Assembly (NCBI GenBank): GCA_022508375.1
Contig: JAFLVJ010000002.1
Coordinates: forward strand, 104,323 to 168,322
DNA: 64,000 nucleotides
Direction of reading: 5' to 3'
Source of the DNA: Clostridiales bacterium
Lineage (GTDB): Bacteria > Bacillota > Clostridia > Christensenellales > CAG-314
Shown: positions 18,301-28,511 of the stretch, piece by piece
Layout of the letters: the number at the start of each line of letters is the position of its first letter
Position numbering within the stretch: the stretch's first letter is position 1
Program-made: the position numbers and the translations under genes
Notes under the pieces: generated by a model
Database searches by the model: none
What the model saw: only the letters and a program-made list of their open reading frames with translations
What the model was told of the DNA's origin: nothing

Positions 18301-21300
18301 ATGAGCAGTAAACAAGTATTTACTTCATCACAGCAAAACGTAATAGATTTTCGCGGGAAAAACATGTTGGTATCGGCGTCGGCAGGCACCGGTAAAACGA
18401 CCGTAATGATAGAGCGAATCGTGTCCTTGATTGAGCAAGGCGCAGACGTATCGCAAATTGTGGTGGTAACCTTCACCAACCTTGCCGCATCGGAAATGAA
18501 GGCAAGGCTTGCCGCAAAACTGTCGGAAAAGCGTAACAATCCGCGTATTCTCGAGCAGATAGAAAAGCTTGACAGCGCAAGCATTTGCACGTTGCACTCG
18601 TTTTGCAGCGAACTTCTCAAAAACTATTTCTACGTTGTGGATATCGATCCCGCATTTACGATATTGGATAGCGTAACGGTTGCAACCTTGCGCAAAAACA
18701 CGCTTGACGACGTATTTGCCGAGTATTTTTCCGATAAAGACGACATTTTTCGGCGTGTTTACAAAATTTTCGCCACGCACAGGCGGGAGGAAAATTTCAA
18801 AAACACGCTGTTAACGCTGTATGACTTTTCTCGTTGTTTGGAGGATTTTTCCGCTTGGTACGAGCAAAAACGCAACAATTTCTTGCAATACAGCGACGAC
18901 AACCCAATTGTCAAGACTCTATTGAGTGATGTTGTGCAATCGGTACAGTACTACAAGCGCAATATGCATAATATTGTCGAGCGTAGTAGGGAAATGGATT
19001 TGACCTATACCGACCTGTTTGAGTACAACCTTGAGCTTTTGCATGGAATAAGGTTGGACACGTTGGAGCACGCGCTATTTGATTTGTCGAAGGTCTCACT
19101 GCAATCACTGCCGCGAAAGGCGAAAAATGTTGTTTTCGATGACATAGAGGAAAATATCCGTCAGAACTTCAAGGATTTGAAGGGTGATTTCGAAAAGTTT
19201 GCCGGTAAGTACGCTACGTTATGCCGTGGCGAAAATATGCAGACGTTGTGGGAAGAAACAAAGCAATCTACCGTCTATACCGACAAACTGGTGGAAATTG
19301 TCGAAAAATTTGACCAAATGTTTTTCCAAGCGAAAAAACAGCGTGGAGGTGTAGATTTCAACGACTTGGAGCATCTCACCCTGCAACTGTTGAACGACGA
19401 CGAAACGCTTGCGGAAATTCGCAGCCGATACAAGTTGGTATTTGTGGACGAATATCAGGACACAAACCCCGTGCAGGAGGCTATCATATCGCGACTTGCC
19501 TCACCTGACAATCTGTTTATGGTTGGCGACGTTAAACAGTCGATTTACGGCTTCCGCGGTTGCGAACCGTCAATATTCGTAGATAAATACACGCGGTATT
19601 TGCAAACGAGCGAAGGGCGCGTTGAGGAGCTCAACGACAACTTCCGCAGTAACAGTGATATTTTGGAATTCGTCAACGTTTTATTTGACGAAATAATGAC
19701 AATGAGCTTCGGTAAGGTGGATTACAGCAATACCGCGCAACTTCAAGGTGCAACATCGCCTACGTTGCAAACGCCCTCCACCCGCGTTGACCTCATACTT
19801 AAAGAGGAACGCGAAAGCGTAGAAATAGACAGTCTGTACGATATTACTGCGGATGCCGAAAACTACGACGGGGTCAAGCAGGGCGAACACATAGCCAAGC
19901 GCATTAAGGAGTACGTCGGTATGGCGTACCGTGACAAGGATGGAAATGCGCGCCGCATCAACTACGGTGATATCGTGATTCTCATGCGCGGATTGACGGG
20001 CAAAGCGATAGATATATACAACACGCTTGTTGCTCACAATATACCCGTATCGGCAGCCTTCAAGGTGGACGGTTTTTCCGGTAAAGAAGTACGTGACCTT
20101 GTAACACTGTTCCGTGTTATCGACAATCCGTACAACGATGTGTACCTGATCGGTGCATGTCTTAGTTCTTTCGGCGGCTTTACCGAGCGTGAACTTGGCT
20201 ATATCCGCTTGGATACAGAGGGGCGGATACCCTTTTACGAAAGATTGCAAAGTTACACAGTAAGCGGGTTAAACGCCGAAATCGTGACAAAAATAAAGGC
20301 TTTCTTGGAGTTTTTGCGTAAGCTTCGTTTTTACTCACGTAGCGCCAAGGTGGACGAGCTGGCACTGTATGTTATGAACGAGACCAACTATCACCTGTAC
20401 GTGCAAAGTTTGCCCAACGGTGGAATGCGCCTCAATAAGCTTTACGCCTTTATCGATAGCGTCAAGGACGCGTCGTATGCGCAAACGGTAGATAAGTTCC
20501 TGTCATTTGTAGATGAAACGGATGACAAACGCGCCGAAAGCGGACTTTTCGGCGGTAACACCGTACGTTTGATGACTATGCACGCCAGTAAGGGATTGGA
20601 GTTTCCAGTGGTAATACTTGCCGGCGTGGAGTCGCAGTTCAATTTCGACAACAATACCGTGGAGACTAACACCGACTTGGGATTAGCGGTACGCTATTAC
20701 AACTTCCAAAATATGCGCGTTGCCGATACTTTGGGCGCCACGGCATGCGGATTGTTCAATAAGATAAAACAGCGCGAAGAGGAAATGCGTCTTTTGTACG
20801 TGGCAATGACACGCGCCAAGTTTGCCTTGGACATGGTGGGAACAATCAGTGACAAGCAACTTAAGGCGTTGCCTAAGCTTCCCACGCGTGCAATGAGCCA
20901 CCTCGATTGGTTGATGATAGTCGTTCAACAACAAATGAAACAGTCTAAGTTGGCAAACGGTTTGGAAATAAACGTCATAGATAGCTTGCCGAACAATGAA
21001 GATGAAGCGGATAATGCAGGGTATCTGTGCGAACAGACGGTAAGTATCGAAGATGTTGAACGTAAGCTCAGTTACAGGTATCAATATGCCGATCAGACGC
21101 TTATGCCATCCAAGGTGGTGAGTTCGGCGCTGGATAAGGAATATCTGGATTTAACCGACGAACCGCAAGCGGAGCATACGTTAAACGTTAATAACGAGCG
21201 CAACTTTATCGGTACGGCGTATCACAAGGTATATCAGTATGTTGACTATAATGCGGACGAAAGTGAAATTCGCGCTCTCATTGACAGCCTTGTGCGGGAC

Positions 21301-21687
21301 GGCAAGATCGAACGTAAATTTGCCGATAATCTGGATGTCAAGTTGATACACAGCACCCTCAACAACCCTGACTTGCGTAGGTTACTTTGCGGTGGTAAGG
21401 TGTATCACGAAGTACCCTTCATGCTGTACGTACCTTACAACCAAGTGGCTAAGGATCAACGTTTCAGTGACGATGTAATACTGCAAGGCGTAATAGATTT
21501 GCTCGTCATCAATAAAGACAAGGCAACGGTAATCGACTTTAAATATACGTCGCGCAGTGACAAGGTGCAGGACAACTACACCGCACAACTCAACAGTTAC
21601 AAGTTGGCGGTGCAACGTATTTGCGGGATAAATGACGTTAGCGCATTCGTTATGTCCATCGAAGATAACAAACTTATATCAATGTAA
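18301..21687 (+). CDS. addA: Helicase-nuclease complex AddAB, subunit A (AddA, UvrD-type helicase plus nuclease)
   Basis: Walker A 'ASAGTGKTTV', 'VDEYQDTN', 'MTMHASKGLEFPVV', and a C-terminal nuclease 'GVIDLL...VIDFKYT'. Confidence 0.95.
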   Translation: MSSKQVFTSSQQNVIDFRGKNMLVSASAGTGKTTVMIERIVSLIEQGADVSQIVVVTFTNLAASEMKARLAAKLSEKRNNPRILEQIEKLDSASICTLHSFCSELLKNYFYVVDIDPAFTILDSVTVATLRKNTLDDVFAEYFSDKDDIFRRVYKIFATHRREENFKNTLLTLYDFSRCLEDFSAWYEQKRNNFLQYSDDNPIVKTLLSDVVQSVQYYKRNMHNIVERSREMDLTYTDLFEYNLELLHGIRLDTLEHALFDLSKVSLQSLPRKAKNVVFDDIEENIRQNFKDLKGDFEKFAGKYATLCRGENMQTLWEETKQSTVYTDKLVEIVEKFDQMFFQAKKQRGGVDFNDLEHLTLQLLNDDETLAEIRSRYKLVFVDEYQDTNPVQEAIISRLASPDNLFMVGDVKQSIYGFRGCEPSIFVDKYTRYLQTSEGRVEELNDNFRSNSDILEFVNVLFDEIMTMSFGKVDYSNTAQLQGATSPTLQTPSTRVDLILKEERESVEIDSLYDITADAENYDGVKQGEHIAKRIKEYVGMAYRDKDGNARRINYGDIVILMRGLTGKAIDIYNTLVAHNIPVSAAFKVDGFSGKEVRDLVTLFRVIDNPYNDVYLIGACLSSFGGFTERELGYIRLDTEGRIPFYERLQSYTVSGLNAEIVTKIKAFLEFLRKLRFYSRSAKVDELALYVMNETNYHLYVQSLPNGGMRLNKLYAFIDSVKDASYAQTVDKFLSFVDETDDKRAESGLFGGNTVRLMTMHASKGLEFPVVILAGVESQFNFDNNTVETNTDLGLAVRYYNFQNMRVADTLGATACGLFNKIKQREEEMRLLYVAMTRAKFALDMVGTISDKQLKALPKLPTRAMSHLDWLMIVVQQQMKQSKLANGLEINVIDSLPNNEDEADNAGYLCEQTVSIEDVERKLSYRYQYADQTLMPSKVVSSALDKEYLDLTDEPQAEHTLNVNNERNFIGTAYHKVYQYVDYNADESEIRALIDSLVRDGKIERKFADNLDVKLIHSTLNNPDLRRLLCGGKVYHEVPFMLYVPYNQVAKDQRFSDDVILQGVIDLLVINKDKATVIDFKYTSRSDKVQDNYTAQLNSYKLAVQRICGINDVSAFVMSIEDNKLISM

Positions 21688-21698
21688 AAGGTTAGCAT

Positions 21699-22676
21699 AT
21701 GACGAAAGAAAAAATTCTGTGGTTAAGTTGCGGCTCATCGGTAGGAGCAATAGCACTGTTTATCATCATACTGACTATCATATCGCGTAAGGTTTACCAC
21801 CGTTCCTTAATGGCAACCTTTATCGTGCTGTTTTTTCGGTTGACCGTTCACCACAAAAGTGACAGCGAGGTTATTGCAGACGCCAATTATTTACCGCTCA
21901 AAAACGACTGCCCATATGTTATTCCCCGATCTGTCCGTACGCGTAAGCAACAAAAATATGTTTTCGAAGGTATGACGGTATTTGGCGTAAACATGAATAA
22001 CAATACCGACCGAGTTGTGGTGTATCTGCACGGCGGTGGATACGTTCGTCAACCGCGATTGTATCACTGGAAGTATATCAACAAGCTTGCGGCAAAGGTG
22101 GGTAACGTCGTTGTGCCCATCTATCCCAAGGCGCCACGTCACCATCCCAAGGAAGTTGTGGATATATTGACCAAAATGTACATTGAACTGTGTAAAATGT
22201 TTGACAAAGTCGTTCTAATGGGCGATTCGTCAGGTGGCGGATTGGCACTGGCACTGTGTCAGCATTGGGATAAATTGGGATTTCAACAACCGCGCAAGAC
22301 GATATTGTTTTCCCCTTGGACAGATTTGACGTTGAGCAATCCCGAAATTGACAGATATCAAAAGCTCGACCCTCTCATTTGCGCGTCATCCGAGCGTATC
22401 TGGGCAAAGCTTTGGGCGGGGGATATAGACTTGCGTAACGCTCTTATCAGTCCGATGTTCGGCGATATGAGTAAACTGGGCAAAATCTTGCTGTTTACGG
22501 GTGATAGAGAAATATTGTATCCCGATTTGGTAAAGTTAAACGACATAATGATAGAACAGGGCGCCGACGTCCGTTTTACCGTAGGACACGGAATGAATCA
22601 CGTTTATCAAGTTTATCCAATACCCGAAGCACGCAAGGCGCTAAATGAAATCGTTGAAGAAATAAAGCAGGTATAA
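21699..22676 (+). CDS. Alpha/beta hydrolase, hormone-sensitive-lipase-like esterase with an N-terminal TM anchor
   Basis: Oxyanion 'HGGGY' and nucleophile elbow 'GDSSGG' motifs, with a C-terminal catalytic His region. Confidence 0.85.
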   Translation: MTKEKILWLSCGSSVGAIALFIIILTIISRKVYHRSLMATFIVLFFRLTVHHKSDSEVIADANYLPLKNDCPYVIPRSVRTRKQQKYVFEGMTVFGVNMNNNTDRVVVYLHGGGYVRQPRLYHWKYINKLAAKVGNVVVPIYPKAPRHHPKEVVDILTKMYIELCKMFDKVVLMGDSSGGGLALALCQHWDKLGFQQPRKTILFSPWTDLTLSNPEIDRYQKLDPLICASSERIWAKLWAGDIDLRNALISPMFGDMSKLGKILLFTGDREILYPDLVKLNDIMIEQGADVRFTVGHGMNHVYQVYPIPEARKALNEIVEEIKQV

Positions 22677-22759
22677 AATTATATCAGATAGTCTTTTTAT
22701 GCCGGCTATGTTTGAACCGTGTTGAATCAGTCAATACTTAACCCAAAACGGAGGTTAGT

Positions 22760-23488
22760 ATGGATTACATCAACACGGTTCTCAATTTTCTCAACGATTA
22801 CAGCGCAATCATCATGCCTGTTTTGTTCGCGACGGTTATTATGTACGGAGTTATCAACTGGATGGTAAACCCCTATCGCAAGCAGAACAAAAGGCTTTCG
22901 GCATGTTACAGGGGCGTTTGCGCCTATCCCGATAAGGTGGTAAAATACGCCGAAAAACTGCCTCAAGACTACCGTCGTCAATGGCGAGCTTGTATCAACT
23001 GCGGAGCAAAACCGTCCTTGGTATTTGAATTTGTTCCCAAGCGCAAACGCTTGCATTTGCTGTGGCTTTACATTATAGCTGCGTCAATAAGCGCTAACTA
23101 TGTAGTTGTGTTTTTCGCAACGGCGCGAAACTATACCTATTTGGTATTTCAAGCGGTACTTTGGCTGGCGTTCGGACTTGTAACGGTTGCAAATAGGGCA
23201 GTCAACCGTTGTCAACAAGCTCGCGCGCGAAAGATATTTGCCAAGCTTATCACGCAGTTCAATAGGTGCGCGCCCTTCAAAAGCAGCGTGGTGGAAGATA
23301 CCGTCAAGCAACTGCAACAACTCAACCGTCACACTGTCAACGACGCTGTCATTGGCAAGGCGTCGGAACTGTTGCGTAACAAGGGTTTGGAAACAAATCG
23401 CACTGTGGAAGAACAGCGAAAAATCAACAGTGCGCTGAACAGTTTGCTTCAAGCGTATTCGCGAAACTCGTTGCATAAAAAAGCATAA
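22760..23488 (+). CDS. Hypothetical membrane protein
   Basis: 242 aa with 3 predicted TM helices. GGAGG RBS. A terminator follows. Confidence 0.6.
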   Translation: MDYINTVLNFLNDYSAIIMPVLFATVIMYGVINWMVNPYRKQNKRLSACYRGVCAYPDKVVKYAEKLPQDYRRQWRACINCGAKPSLVFEFVPKRKRLHLLWLYIIAASISANYVVVFFATARNYTYLVFQAVLWLAFGLVTVANRAVNRCQQARARKIFAKLITQFNRCAPFKSSVVEDTVKQLQQLNRHTVNDAVIGKASELLRNKGLETNRTVEEQRKINSALNSLLQAYSRNSLHKKA

Positions 23489-23493
23489 TAAAT

Positions 23494-23521
23494 AAAAGCC
23501 GACTTGCCGTCGGCTTTTATT
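23494..23521 (+). terminator. Rho-independent terminator
   Basis: Stem agccgac(23497-23503)/gtcggct(23509-23515) followed by TTTT. Confidence 0.75.
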
Positions 23522-23532
23522 TGTGTTAAAAT
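23504..23532 (+). promoter_or_regulatory. Sigma-A type promoter of uvrC; ATG at predicted +1 (leaderless)
   Basis: TTGCCG(23504-23509)-17 bp-TGT TAAAAT(23524-23532). The ATG at 23539 lies 6 nt after the -10. Confidence 0.5.
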
Positions 23533-23538
23533 ATTAGC

Positions 23539-25362
23539 ATGATAACTAACGTCGATATACAAACAAAACTTAAAAATTTACCCGATGAGCCGGGCGTCTA
23601 TATCATGTACGACGCCGACGGCAATATTTTGTATGTCGGCAAGGCTAAAGTACTGAAAAATCGCGTTCGGCAGTACTTTCACGCATCCACCAACAAGACG
23701 GAAAAAGTATTGGCAATGCTCAGTCACGTTGCCGATTTCCGCTACATCATCACCGCAAGCGAAACGGACGCGCTTAGCCTCGAAAATACGCTGATAAAAA
23801 AACACACTCCTCCTTACAATATTTTGCTTAAAGATGATAAGCAATATCCTTACATCAAGGTGGATTTGTCGGCGGATTTTCCTAAGTTCGTGTCAACTCG
23901 CAAGCTTCAAAAGGACAAATACAAGTATTTCGGTCCCATTACTCAAGGCGGAGCCAAGTCATTCCTTGAAATTCTCGGTAGTGTTTTTCCCACCGTTCAG
24001 TGCAACAACAACTTTGCTAAACTTCCCAAAAACTTCCGTCCTTGCCTCAATTACCACATTGGCAAGTGTCCGGCGCCCTGTATCGGTAAGATATCGAAAG
24101 AGGACTATCGCAAGATCGTCAACCGCGCGGTTGCCTTTTTGTCGGGTGATGACAGTGAAGTGCGCGAAGTATTGCAAGCCAAGATGATGCAGTCATCGGA
24201 AAAAATGCAGTACGAGCAAGCGCTGACTTACAAGCGATATTTGCAACTAATTGACAAAATTTCGCAACAACGCATCGTCGTACTCAACAAATTTGTCGAT
24301 TACGATATGTTTGCAGTTGCAAGTAACGGCAAAAACTGCGTTGTAAACCACACAATGATACGCGGTGGTAAGGTTATATTTTCCGACAATAACGCTGTAT
24401 CCGACGCGGGATTGGATGAAGCGCAAACGCTATCCAGTTTCCTTGCAGAGTACTGCGAAATGGTCAAGCTGTGCGGTGAAATCTACGTCAACGTCGAACT
24501 GCAGGACAGTGACGAGTTGTCGCAACTTATCAAGGATAAGACTGGCGTAAAAACACAGATTTACTGTCCTAAACTTCAAGATAAAAAGCGCTTGGTGGAT
24601 ATGTCCTACCGCAACGCAGTGGAATATCTTACCAAGAGTCAAACTGACATTGACAAAAAATACAACACTACGCACGGCGCCGTATTGCAACTTAAAGAGT
24701 TGTTGCACTTAAAGAAATTACCCACGCGAGTGGAGTGTTACGATATAAGTAACGTTCAGGGAGTGGATAAGGTTGCCAGTATGGTAGTATTTACCAACGG
24801 ACAAAAGGACGCGTCGCAATACCGTCGGTTCCGCATCAAGACGGTCGAGGGTGCCAACGACTTTGCAAGCATGAAGGAAGTGTTGACAAGGCGATTCGAA
24901 CGAATGAAGGAGGACGACGGCGTATTTGGCAAGACTCCCGACCTTATTGTTGTAGATGGAGGCTTGGGACAACTGGACTACGCTAAGCAGGCAATGGAGG
25001 AAAGCGGTGTTGAAGTTCAGCTCGTTTCCCTTGCCAAGCGGGAGGAACTGGTATATACGCTCGGCACAAACGAACCGACGTTTTTACCGCGCAACAGCTA
25101 CGCGTTAAATTTGCTTATCAACATTCGTGACGAAAGTCACCGCTTTGCAATAACCTACTTCCGCAAGCTACACAATCGCAACAGCATCAAGTCGGTATTG
25201 CAGGACGTCGAAGGCATAGGCGAAAAACGGCGAATCGAACTTCACCGCAAATACAAGTCCATGGACGCGTTGCGCGAGGCGTCTATTGAGGATATAGCGG
25301 AAACCAAGGGCATGACCCGACCGATAGCTGAGAAGCTGTACAAGTTTTTACATCAAGATTGA
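23539..25362 (+). CDS. uvrC: Excinuclease ABC subunit C
   Basis: GIY-YIG N-terminus 'PGVYIMYDADGNILYVGKA', a UVR domain, an RNase H-like endonuclease domain and a C-terminal (HhH)2. Confidence 0.95.
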   Translation: MITNVDIQTKLKNLPDEPGVYIMYDADGNILYVGKAKVLKNRVRQYFHASTNKTEKVLAMLSHVADFRYIITASETDALSLENTLIKKHTPPYNILLKDDKQYPYIKVDLSADFPKFVSTRKLQKDKYKYFGPITQGGAKSFLEILGSVFPTVQCNNNFAKLPKNFRPCLNYHIGKCPAPCIGKISKEDYRKIVNRAVAFLSGDDSEVREVLQAKMMQSSEKMQYEQALTYKRYLQLIDKISQQRIVVLNKFVDYDMFAVASNGKNCVVNHTMIRGGKVIFSDNNAVSDAGLDEAQTLSSFLAEYCEMVKLCGEIYVNVELQDSDELSQLIKDKTGVKTQIYCPKLQDKKRLVDMSYRNAVEYLTKSQTDIDKKYNTTHGAVLQLKELLHLKKLPTRVECYDISNVQGVDKVASMVVFTNGQKDASQYRRFRIKTVEGANDFASMKEVLTRRFERMKEDDGVFGKTPDLIVVDGGLGQLDYAKQAMEESGVEVQLVSLAKREELVYTLGTNEPTFLPRNSYALNLLINIRDESHRFAITYFRKLHNRNSIKSVLQDVEGIGEKRRIELHRKYKSMDALREASIEDIAETKGMTRPIAEKLYKFLHQD

Positions 25363-25419
25363 GACGGTTGTAAACTTTGCAATACTTTGTTGTTAAAACA
25401 ATTATTTTTAAAATAAACA

Positions 25420-25456
25420 AAAAAGTCCCTCGCTTTGTTTCATAGGGACTTTTTTC
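25420..25456. terminator. Bidirectional terminator between convergent uvrC and dut
   Basis: Stem aagtccct(25423-25430)/agggactt(25444-25451), flanked by an A-run and a T-run. Confidence 0.75.
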
Positions 25457-25483
25457 ATTGATAAAATCTAGTATATACCGTCC

Positions 25484-25954
25484 TCAATCCGTTGAACCTA
25501 AGCCGCCGTTGCGGGAGGCAGTGGTATCGTCGTCTTCGGTAAGCAGATATTTCATAAATATCCCTTGCGCGAAAGCGGAGCCTTGAGGTATTTCCAGCAA
25601 TTTGTCGCTTTCGTTTGTCATGCGAATAAATATGTGTCCCTCGTTGTCGCTGTCGCTGTAATCGGCGTCGATTATTCCGACAGTGTTGTTTAAACGCAAT
25701 TTGTACTTGAAACCCAGTCCGCTGCGCGGATATATCATCAAGCACCAATCGTCGGGCATTAACGCGCGCACGCCTGTCGCAACGGTAACCGTCTCAAGCG
25801 GGGCAATGGTTATTGTGGTTGGCGCGTAAAAGTCGTAACCTGCGCTTTTGACCGTTGCGCGCTTGGGTAACTTTATATTGTCGTACGTTTCTTGCGAACC
25901 GTTTGCGCTAAATGTTGCAAAAGTGACTTTTTCAAATTTTGCCTTTGTCCTCAT
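25484..25954 (-). CDS. dut: dUTP diphosphatase (trimeric dUTPase)
   Basis: Motifs 'SAGYDFYAP', 'PRSGLG', 'GIIDADY' and the C-terminal 'RNGGLGSTD'. AAGGAG RBS. Confidence 0.9.
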   Translation of the reverse strand: MRTKAKFEKVTFATFSANGSQETYDNIKLPKRATVKSAGYDFYAPTTITIAPLETVTVATGVRALMPDDWCLMIYPRSGLGFKYKLRLNNTVGIIDADYSDSDNEGHIFIRMTNESDKLLEIPQGSAFAQGIFMKYLLTEDDDTTASRNGGLGSTD

Positions 25955-26201
25955 TGTGCTTGTCTCCTTTTGTCGAAGTGAAATTGTCTTCGTTTACATT
26001 TTATCACAAATATTGTAATTTCTCAACATTTAGGTTAACAAAAGCGAGCAAACTTGCTTGCAAGGGTTTGTGAGCTTGTCGGCAGACCATAAAATGGTGC
26101 TTGCGAAAGCAAGTCTGGCAACGGTGAGCGCTCAAGAAAAATATTGATTTTTATGGCCTTTTTATGGTATAATTATATCATTACAAAGGAGAGTGTCACT
26201 T

Positions 26202-27992
26202 ATGTCGCTTCGTAAACTAAAGACAGTGTGGGGTAAGGCGATCACCGACAAACCGTTGCAGGAGTACCCACGTCCGCAATTTGTTCGTAAAAGTTACGTC
26301 AATCTCAACGGATATTGGGATTACGCAATTACCCGTACGGATGTTATTCCTGCGCGTTACGACGGCAAGATCCTCGTACCGTTTTCGCCTGAAAGTATTT
26401 TGTCGGGTGTAAATCGTCAACTCAAGCCTAACGAATACCTGTATTATCGCACATATTTCGTTTTGCCCAAGGGGTTCATGCGGGATATTGTTTTGCTCAA
26501 CTTCGGTGCGGTAGATCAAGTTTGCGATATTTTCGTCAATGGTGTACATATTGACTGTCACGACGGTGGCTACAACGCATTTAGCGTGGATATCACCTCC
26601 GCGCTGAAGCTGGAGGAGGAAAACGAGCTGATATTGCGTGTTCGCGACTTCACCGACACGACGTATCGCACTTGCGGCAAGCAATCTTCACGCCGTGGCG
26701 GAATGTGGTACACTCCGCAAAGCGGAATATGGCAAACGGTGTGGATGGAAAGCGTTCCCGCGCAATACATATCAAACATACGTATCACGCCGGATATTGA
26801 CAAAGGTCAAGTTACCGTTGAGGCAGACTACAACTTTGACGATCCTATTACCGTCAAAATATTGGACGGGGATGTGGAAATCGCGCAAAATGACGGCAAG
26901 GGTTCGGTAACCGTAGCTTTTCCCGATGGCAAGTTTAACCTGTGGACGCCGGAAGATCCATATTTATACAATCTCAAGATTATTGCGCGCAGGGACTGGG
27001 TGGAAAGCTACTTCGGCATGAGAAAGTTCAGCTGTGAAAAGGTAGGTTCATATTACCGCCTTATGCTCAACAATAAGCCTTATTTCCACAACGGATTATT
27101 GGATCAGGGTTATTTTAGCGACGGATTATATACCGCGCCCAGTGATGAAGCGATGATTTTCGACATTTCCACGGCGAAAAATCTCGGTTTCAACATGTTG
27201 CGCAAGCACATCAAGGTGGAGCCGATGCGTTGGTATTATCACTGTGACAGGCTAGGTATGCTTGTTTGGCAGGATATGCCAAGCGGCGGAACCCGTCAGC
27301 ACAAGATGACAACGCTGTATTTACCACATGCATTCAACGTGCGAAAAATTAAAGACAGCAACTACAGGCGTAACTCGCGCGCCAGTGAAATAAGTCGCAA
27401 CACCTACATTGAAGAATATACTGAAATGATAAATCAGCTGTACAACAGCGTGTCTATTGCAATGTGGGTGCCATTCAACGAGGGTTGGGGACAGTTCGAC
27501 GCCAAGCAAATTGCTCAGTTAACCAAGGATTTGGACGACACGCGCACAGTGGATCACGCCAGCGGTTGGCACGATCAAGGTGGCGGGGATATTAAGAGCA
27601 TGCACGTCTATTTCAAAAAGGTGCGCATGCCTAGGGACAAAAACCGCGCCGTGTGCTTGACGGAATTCGGCGGGTACAGCTTTAAGGTGGATAAGCATAG
27701 CGTCAATCCCGACAAAACTTATGGTTATACCAATTACCCAACGCTAAAGTCTCTTAATCGAGGCATTAAACAACTGTACGAAAGGGACGTAATAGCCAAT
27801 ATAAGCAAAGGGCTGTGCGCAAGCGTTTACACGCAACTGACGGACGTTGAAGATGAAGTAAACGGCCTACTAACGTACGACCGCAAGGGTCTCAAGGTTG
27901 ATGCAAGTGTGCTTAAGGCAATCAACAGTAAGATAAGACAGAGCGCAATGATTGAGATTGCCGAAACAACGCAACGCGCTGAGGATAAGTAA
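26202..27992 (+). CDS. Glycoside hydrolase family 2 protein (specificity not assignable)
   Basis: GH2 sugar-binding region ('LNFGAVDQVCDIFVNGVHIDCHDGGYNAFSVDIT') and a TIM barrel with 'NMLRKHIKVEP' and the acid/base region 'WVPFNEGWGQ'. ATG 26202 lies 10 nt after AGGAG (26187-26191). Confidence 0.85.
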   Translation: MSLRKLKTVWGKAITDKPLQEYPRPQFVRKSYVNLNGYWDYAITRTDVIPARYDGKILVPFSPESILSGVNRQLKPNEYLYYRTYFVLPKGFMRDIVLLNFGAVDQVCDIFVNGVHIDCHDGGYNAFSVDITSALKLEEENELILRVRDFTDTTYRTCGKQSSRRGGMWYTPQSGIWQTVWMESVPAQYISNIRITPDIDKGQVTVEADYNFDDPITVKILDGDVEIAQNDGKGSVTVAFPDGKFNLWTPEDPYLYNLKIIARRDWVESYFGMRKFSCEKVGSYYRLMLNNKPYFHNGLLDQGYFSDGLYTAPSDEAMIFDISTAKNLGFNMLRKHIKVEPMRWYYHCDRLGMLVWQDMPSGGTRQHKMTTLYLPHAFNVRKIKDSNYRRNSRASEISRNTYIEEYTEMINQLYNSVSIAMWVPFNEGWGQFDAKQIAQLTKDLDDTRTVDHASGWHDQGGGDIKSMHVYFKKVRMPRDKNRAVCLTEFGGYSFKVDKHSVNPDKTYGYTNYPTLKSLNRGIKQLYERDVIANISKGLCASVYTQLTDVEDEVNGLLTYDRKGLKVDASVLKAINSKIRQSAMIEIAETTQRAEDK

Positions 27993-28435
27993 TGAATCAC
28001 GAGTATTATATGGGGTTGGCGTTGAAACAGGCGCAAGTTTCCCGAAGAAATGACGAAGTGCCCATTGGCGCAGTGGTGGTAAAGGACGGAGCAGTTATTG
28101 CTCGCGCTCATAACACGCGTAACGCCTCGAAAAACGCCGTTGAGCACGCCGAACTTGTTGCAATACAGCGCGCATGCAAAGCACTGGGCGACTGGCGACT
28201 TACCGGCTGTGACTTATACGTCACGTTGGAGCCGTGCGTAATGTGTTTGGGTGCATGCTACAACGCGCGTATAAGTAACGTGTATTTCGGCGCGTACGAC
28301 CTTAGCGGAAAGGGATGCGTACAACTTTCCGAGATGATAGGTCGCACGTTAAATCACGAACTGATTTTATGCGGTGGCATATTGGAAAAAGAATGTTCGG
28401 AACTGCTGACCGGATACTTCAAGTCGAAAAGATAA
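27992..28435 (+). CDS. tadA: tRNA-specific adenosine deaminase TadA
   Basis: Zinc motifs 'HAE' and 'PCVMCLGA'. 147 aa. The start overlaps the GH2 stop (TAATG). Confidence 0.9.
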   Translation: MNHEYYMGLALKQAQVSRRNDEVPIGAVVVKDGAVIARAHNTRNASKNAVEHAELVAIQRACKALGDWRLTGCDLYVTLEPCVMCLGACYNARISNVYFGAYDLSGKGCVQLSEMIGRTLNHELILCGGILEKECSELLTGYFKSKR

Positions 28436-28466
28436 GTTTAACTGTACAAGCAAAGCAATTAAACAA

Positions 28467-28494
28467 GCGTAGAGTGCAATTACTCTACGCTTTT
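28467..28494 (+). terminator. Rho-independent terminator after tadA
   Basis: Stem gcgtagagt(28467-28475)/actctacgc(28482-28490) followed by TTTT. Confidence 0.75.
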
Positions 28495-28511
28495 AGTATG
28501 TTTTAACTGTT

